From the human T2T-CHM13v2.0 reference genome, Homo sapiens, in the NCBI RefSeq assembly GCF_009914755.1, contig NC_060942.1: a stretch of DNA of 64,000 bases; one strand, written 5' to 3'. Shown here one piece after another: positions 56,942 through 64,000 of this stretch. The translations under genes were made by a program, and so were the position numbers. Under the pieces are notes generated by a model. That model was not told where the DNA came from and made no database searches. It worked only from the letters and a program-made list of their open reading frames with translations. Numbering within the stretch: position 1 is the first letter of the stretch; each line of letters opens with the position of its first letter.

Positions 56942-57049
56942 CTCACATATTCTGAGGCAGTTCCAGAAAAATCATTAAAGGTTGCTGGGCTGTACACATT
57001 ACTGTATATATAACATTTCTGTTCTCTCTGCTTTACCATCAATTTGATT
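56942..57049 (-). ncRNA. Candidate internal exon (108 nt)
   Basis: Minus strand tatattttgcttttctccag|AATCAA...ATGTGAG|GTAAGG. Strong acceptor and donor in unique sequence. Prediction only. Confidence 0.45.
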
Positions 57050-57289
57050 CTGGAGAAAAGCAAAATATAAAACCTCTGTGAAGAAGAAAATAAGTTACCC
57101 CAAAGAAAGGCACCCCCACCAAGTTTTGGGAGGTGATAAAACTTATAAAGGGAATCGTCTGTACATAGTAAATTGTACATATGTAATTTACATATGTAAA
57201 TACACCTCAAATTAATTGTATATATGTAAATACACCTCTAAACCTCAGGTTGTATTTTGGTAGTATCTGGTCAGACCTTATTCTTTCTC

Positions 57290-57555
57290 TTTCAACATAT
57301 TATTATAAAAAATGTCCAACCTATTGAAAAGTTTGTAGAATTTTGAGTAAATGCCCATAAATTCACTACCTGTATCATTAATATTTTACTAGATTAGTTG
57401 CATATCTAACCATCTACTGATTCCTGTCTTTATACATCCATTTATCTTAAATTTGATGTATTTTGAAGTAAATTACAATTTAATACATTTCTTCTAAGTT
57501 ATATCACCATGGGTATCTTTATTAAAGTTTAATATTTATTTAATTTTTTTTCTTT
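57290..57555 (-). mobile_element. Old L1 (L1MC/ME) 3'UTR fragment
   Basis: tattataaaaaatgtccaac...gaaaagtttgtagaa...tattttgaagtaaattaca. Confidence 0.5.
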
Positions 57556-57699
57556 TTAAAAGGATCCTTCTTTTGGTACACAGTTGGCATCAATCATTGA
57601 CTCCCTGTTCATCCAAAAGTGTAGAGGCCAAGGTGACGTCAATCATTCATGGCTCCATGTGAACTTCTCTAGTGACAGAGAGTAACTCACGGACAGTCA

Positions 57700-58300
57700 A
57701 ACATTTGTTCCCCTTCCATTGATAGAACTGTTGCTGGAAAGAAGTTGCCAAGTCAGAGTATACAGTCCCTCTACCCTTTGCATCTAGATGAGGCTATGTC
57801 ACTAGATTTTGTCAATGGATTATAAACAAAAGAGTTGCCTATAATTCCAGGCCTAGATGGTGAAGTAAGGAGTCTGGGGTACCCCAAACTCTCTTTTCAT
57901 CATTTACTGACTAGAATTCAGGAGTCTCCAATCATTTGGCTTCCCTGGGCCATATTGGAAGAAGTAGAATTGTCTTGGGCCACACATAAAATACACTAAT
58001 GATAGCCAATGAGCTTAAAAAAAACAAACACAAAAAAGTTTCAAAATGTTTTAAGAAAGTTTATGAATTTGTGTTACACTGCATTCAAAGTCATCCTGGA
58101 CCACATGTGGCCCTGTGGGTCATGGGTTGGACAAGATTGGACTAGATGATACCAGGGTGACCTTGAAGATGCTAGATTGCAGAAGACAAGACCAAAGTAG
58201 CTTAGGTTCTTGAGTCACTATTTGAAGCTGAGCCACCGTTTGAAGCTGAGACCGTGATTTAATTGAAAAATGAACTCTATTTTGTTAGGCTGGAGAGATT
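57700..58300 (+). mobile_element. Old MLT1 (J/K-like) LTR interrupted by MER30
   Basis: ccctttgcatctagatgaggctatgtcactagattt...gcttaggttcttgagtcacta...aatgaactctattttgttaggctggagagatt. Confidence 0.55.
57919..58139 (+). mobile_element. MER30 hAT-Charlie MITE
   Basis: caggagtctccaatcatttggcttccctgggcc...gggttggacaagattg. TSD-like gactaga on both sides. Homologous to 3749-3979. Confidence 0.9.
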
Positions 58301-60330
58301 AGGGGTGGATTGATATTGATGAAGTGCCAAACTGAAAGTAGTGTTTAGAATATGGCCCAGAATCAAGGCTAGTGCACTGGGAATGTGGACAGCTGAGCTG
58401 ATGTATTAGGTGGGTTCAGGGATATGGCATTGGGTAGAATATAATGGAGGAAGAATCATTTATTAAGTGTGCCTTATTCTCTTTAACCTTCACATCCCCA
58501 CAACTCGTTACCTAACCTCTTTTCTCACTATTCCTCCTGCCTCTATTCATCCTGATTGAAAAATCTTGTGATGTGTTTGACCTCCTGGAAGAGTAAGTTG
58601 CTAGCAGGTGACAGTCATGTTCCTCAAACACATGATGGCATTCTATGTTTATGCTATGGCTAACTCCTATCTCTGATTGGCACAGTTACAGTACCATGTA
58701 TATTTGGCATTCCTGCATCCTCATCCAAATGTTTGACAGTGTGATATTCTGATCTAGCTTCCTGAGCTTCCATTTAGGTTTAGACATTCTTGAAATATAG
58801 AGCTGTCCTTTTCCCCAATACTTCCTTCTCTGTGTGATATCTTTTCCCTTAAAGCTGGATATTTTCTCCTTTTATCATCATTTGTCAACAATCCTGCCAA
58901 CTCTCAGTGGCATTCATGACCTTGTATGGATTTCACTGGGTTAAATGTCTCAAGTTCATTTTGTTTATTACACATACTTCTTTCATTGCTATAGTCACTC
59001 TGAAGATGTCAGATTTACCCTATGATTCTATTCTCTGTTATTTCCTTTTATAAATTACTTGGCATCTTCTCCATTGCTTCTGTCCCCCCCAGCTAATTTA
59101 TACCTAATAACCTCCAAGGGCAGTATTTTATAGTGTAAGCTGTGCATTTCCCCCCTCTTTTCTCAATCTTCAATTGAAATCTCTCTTTATCCTGTTGGCA
59201 AGTCTCCTAGAAAATATATTCTTCTCAGGTCCCATGAGATAAACTCTATTCCTTGCCAAGAGCATTTCATTTTGGTGTCATAAGTCATGATCTTAAAAAA
59301 AAGCATATTATTTTCTTTGACATAATCTCTATAGCCAGCTGTTCATGTCTCATAACCTCTAGTTGATTCTTAAGTCATGACCTTTAACTGGAAACACAAA
59401 CGAAAAGTTCACCCTTAGCCTTAAGCAATTTTGGTTTTAGCATAATAATTTATGAAAACTAGAGACACTTTTGCCAATTTTTAGTAGAATAATTTGACCC
59501 CACATAATTTATACATGGTACAGATATCTATTGTAATTATAATTAGTTCAAAGAAATTATAACATGGATATATAAAAATCATTGTACAAAATGAATGACT
59601 ACAAGGTATAGGTTCCAGTTGGGTAAGATCTGAGGCTAGGATAGGCTGATTCTTGGAGTCAGTAAACTTCAGCTTCTAATAGTGCTTAGCCTAGTCCACT
59701 TATGTGTAAAGTTCCAGAACTCTTATTGAAAGATAATTTGAGCCTCATTAATAGTTGGGCTTCAGATATTAACAACTAAGTTTAGTGAGCAAGAGAGTGT
59801 AGTGGACATAAAAGCTAGATTGCAGGTGGATGATATGTACAACTGACCCTCCATGAAGAAAAAGCCACCTGAACTAAGAAAGTTATTAGGCATGACAGTT
59901 CAGACTAAGAAACTAGGCTTGGCTGTGGGAAGAGAACAGAAGGTAGTCACAAAACACAAGGTAGAACAGAAATTATTAGCTCAGTTCTCTTAGAGGCACT
60001 TATGTGCCCAGGAAAGACGGGGACTCTAAGATAATACTAAAATAACCTTCCTTATTACTATGGGGCATACAAATTCCGTGGTTGTTTATAAAAGTGGATT
60101 TGCCTTTTGCATTACTACATCAGCACCCGAGATCAAGGGATAGCGAAAATGTAGAGAGACTATAAATAGCAACAGCAAAATCAAAAACAGAACAACAACA
60201 AAAGCTATGTCAACATCATTATGAGAACAAATAATTCCACTGCCATTAAACCTACAAGCAAAGGCAATGGTGAACAATATCTGAGATGAATGGCAAAGAG
60301 CTCCCAGAGCAGAAGGAAAGCAGATTCTCA

Positions 60331-60600
60331 TGTTTTAAACGGTTTGTTTTAATCGGGTATAGTAAGAAGGCAGACACAGAGATAACTGCTTTTGAAAGAA
60401 GAGCTTATTACCCACAGTTTCCAAGATGAGAAGGTGCACCATGCCACACAAGGCCACATAAGGAGGCACAAGCTTAGTCAGGGGGCATAAGGAGAGAGGA
60501 GGAAGCATGGGTATGAGTCTTGATTACTATAGTGATGAAAAATTGGTAGGTTAGGGTGTCTCCAACTGGGCAGGAAACAAAGCATAGATGTTGGGGTTTG
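60331..60600 (-). mobile_element. ERVL-class LTR 3' part (MER73/MER74 group)
   Basis: Reverse complement reads tgtggccttgtgtggcatggtgc...ttggaaactgtgggtaataagc...ttaaaaca. Confidence 0.65.
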
Positions 60601-61129
60601 TAGTCAGTAAAAAACGTAGTCTGTTAACATGGCCTTGTGACACTGTATGCCAAAATGTCAATCACAGGATCCCAAGAACGATTATTATATGCAGTAGTGG
60701 TGCAGATTGTCTGACAAACCCTACTTTGGTGTCTTTGGAGAGAAACAAGAAAAGGAAGAAGCTGAGAAGATTTAGAAAAAGTGGCCTTAGGGAAAACAGA
60801 GAGCCTCTCACTTTTAGGAAATAGAACATTTTGCTTACACTTGGAAACATGTGAATTAATGGAGACCTGATGAGGTTTCTCATTTAACAAAGACATTTTG
60901 CCAATCTTGGACTACTATTGGATCAGCTCCTACATTTTGAAAGTAGAAGCACCCTGGCCCTAACTCAATCATATAAATGTTAAGGCATTTACCTCTTGAA
61001 GACACAGATGAAAGTAGGAAAAAAAGAAAGGATTTTCCTATAACTTGGTGAGCCAGCCAGAATATGTCAAAGGAGAAAGATGTTTTTTCCTTTTATCATA
61101 GGGTTAACCATTCTTGTAGGTGTCAGTAT

Positions 61130-62067
<938 letters not shown>

Positions 62068-62084
62068 CTACATTCTTTATGTAG

Positions 62085-63120
62085 GCCCTGTTTTCTGTCT
62101 TTTCCAGCTTTTTAGAAGTTGCTATGTTCCTTGGTTCATGCCATAAGCCTCTGACTTCTTCCATGTTAACATTTCCCCTGGCTCTGACTTTCCTGCCTTC
62201 CTCTTACAAGGACCTTTGGGATTAAATGAGCTCCTCATTTCAATATCCTTAACTTATTCATATCTGCAAAGTCCTTTTTGCTATGTAAAGTAACTAACTC
62301 ACGGTTTCTGAGACACGGGTATCTTTAGGAGGCTACTATTCTGCCTACATAGTCTTTCCTCTGACTCCCAAAGATTCACAGCCATCCCGCATGTGAAATA
62401 TTTTCATCCCATTCCAAGGTTCACAAAAGTCCCTATCCATTACAGCATGAACTCAAAGTCCATACTTTCGTCTAAATCTCATCAACTCAGAGTCCCGAAT
62501 CTCATGATCTAAATCAGAAGAGGGTGAAACTCTGGGTATGAGCCAGGGGCAAAATTTCTCTTCCTCCGTGGACCTATGGAAAACCAAAAAAGAAGTTATC
62601 TGCTTCTAAAATACAATGGCAGAGGAAGGCAGGCATAGAGTAGCAGTTCCAAACATTTCCTTTTGAAAAGGGAGAAAATTGAAGGGAATAAAGACACATT
62701 GTTCTCAGGTAATTTTGAAATATCACTGGGCAAACTCCATTAGGTTTCAAGGCCTTTAATTAATCCTCTGTGCTTTAACACTCTGCCCCGGGCTCAAAGC
62801 CCCACCCTTAGGGTCACTCCTTATTTTATATGAAGGGCAGCATGTATTTTCCACTGAGTTGTTTTATCAGCTTATTTATTTCCTGAATGTAGCAATTCCA
62901 ACAAGGGGGTTGACAGCCTTTGTTTATCGTGTCCTCTCTGTCCCTTTTGATCCAAGCTGGCAGTATTTCTGATGGTATAAAATTCTCAAATACCTTGTCT
63001 TCCACGTACGTCACAGGGATTCAGTTCATTAGATGAGAGGCTCCTCCACAGAGGTATCCTAGACAATCTCACCTGTATCGTGGCTTCTGTGGAGTTGACT
63101 TAGGGGTTCTGTGAGTAACA
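62085..63120 (-). mobile_element. MLT1 (B/C-like) LTR portion (to ~62351) plus adjoining MaLR internal sequence
   Basis: atctgcaaagtcctttttgctatgtaaagtaac...tattctgcctac, then MaLR-int-like ccaggggcaaaatttctctt...agttatctgcttctaaaatacaatgg. Confidence 0.72.
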
Positions 63121-63129
63121 AGCCTAACT

Positions 63130-64000
63130 ACAGATGTATTCAACAAGATAGATGAATCTCAAATGCATTATGGTGGGTGAAAGAAGCCAGGCTCATTTAT
63201 ATGACATCCTATAAAGGCAAAACTACAGGGATGGAGTACAGATTAGAGGTTGCCAAAGGTTGCAGTCAGGTGGGGGTGGGGAAGTTTGATTGAAACAGGC
63301 AGCACAAGGTAATTTGCAGGGAACAGTGTTGATAATAAAGAACAACTGGGCTCCCGGCTAAACTGCACTCTCGAGCTTGGAAACTTGGCCCTAAGTGAAA
63401 GCAGCTGACCCCATTTTTTCCACCCAAATGATTGCCTTTTTGGCCTGCCCACCCTGTATCCTGACCCCATAAAAACAAGACCAGCTGGCAGAAAAAATAA
63501 GGAAGAAAAAAGAGCAACACAATCTGCTGAGCCTTGGGCTGAGCAGTGAGCAGAGAAGCAACTGAACTTCAGGGACCTTATGTTTGCAGAGGGGAGCCGA
63601 GCCATATGTGGCTGGGCTTCAGAGAAAGAACACGTTCTTCCTGCACCAACCCCTTTCCAGCTCCCCTTCCACCGAGAGCCACTTTCACTGCTCAATAAAT
63701 TCTTCTGAATTCATCATCTTTCCAACAGTTCGTGTGACCTGATTCTTCCTGGACTCCAAACAAGAACTCAGGTGTCAAACAGGGCAGGTTCAGGAGGCTG
63801 ACACCCTGATCCTTTACTGAGCTGTTAACACTTAGCCATCCACAGACTGCAGGCTGAGTGAAATGAGCCACTCTAGTTCCTGCCCAAAAAGGAGGTAAAG
63901 GTCAAAGGGAGATATTCCCATCTTATTGATGGAACTGTTCTGTGTCTTGTTTTGGTGCTTATACAACTCTTATGCATTTGTCAAAACTCATAGAGCTGAA
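63130..64000 (+). mobile_element. L1ME/MB-like 3'UTR interrupted by LTR27
   Basis: gatgaatctcaaatgcattatggtgggtgaaagaagccag...aaaggcaaaactacaggga...[LTR]...tgatggaactgttctgtgtcttg...catttgtcaaaactcatagagctg. Confidence 0.8.
63333..63925 (+). mobile_element. LTR27-like ERV1 solo LTR
   Basis: ctgggctcccggctaaac...ggccctaagtgaaagcagctgacccc, internal AATAAA, cactgagctgttaacactta-type motif. 4-bp TSD ttga at 63329-63332 and 63926-63929. Confidence 0.8.

Noticed and set aside
63243-63695. 150-aa minus-strand ORF
   Set aside because: It is antisense to the LTR27-like and L1 sequence and has no protein-like features.

Overview
AT-rich, CpG-depleted primate (human-like) genomic DNA with no CpG island and no recognisable intact protein-coding gene. 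Much of the window is interspersed repeat: old L1 elements (L1MD, L1MA, L1MC, L1ME), a twin-primed L1PA, L2, MIR, about ten Alus, DNA transposon relics (MER30 x2, MER94, MER20, MER33, MER53, Tigger3), several solo LTRs, and a decayed ~8 kb ERV-L provirus (LTR41-like LTRs; gag/pro/RT/IN/dUTPase remnants) carrying four nested insertions. Most ORFs in the supplied track are repeat-derived or chance. The most interesting non-repeat signal is a set of minus-strand exon-like segments (56.9, 50.6, 45.5, 30.9, 19.9 and 7.9 kb) that could form a spliced lncRNA, two of which join in frame into a ~90-codon ORF. Also notable are a TSD-flanked, tail-less L1 5'UTR-only insertion and a chimeric Alu/LTR/L1 deletion junction. 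Repeat subfamily names come from recalled consensus sequences and need RepeatMasker/Dfam confirmation. I found no convincing novel biological system.
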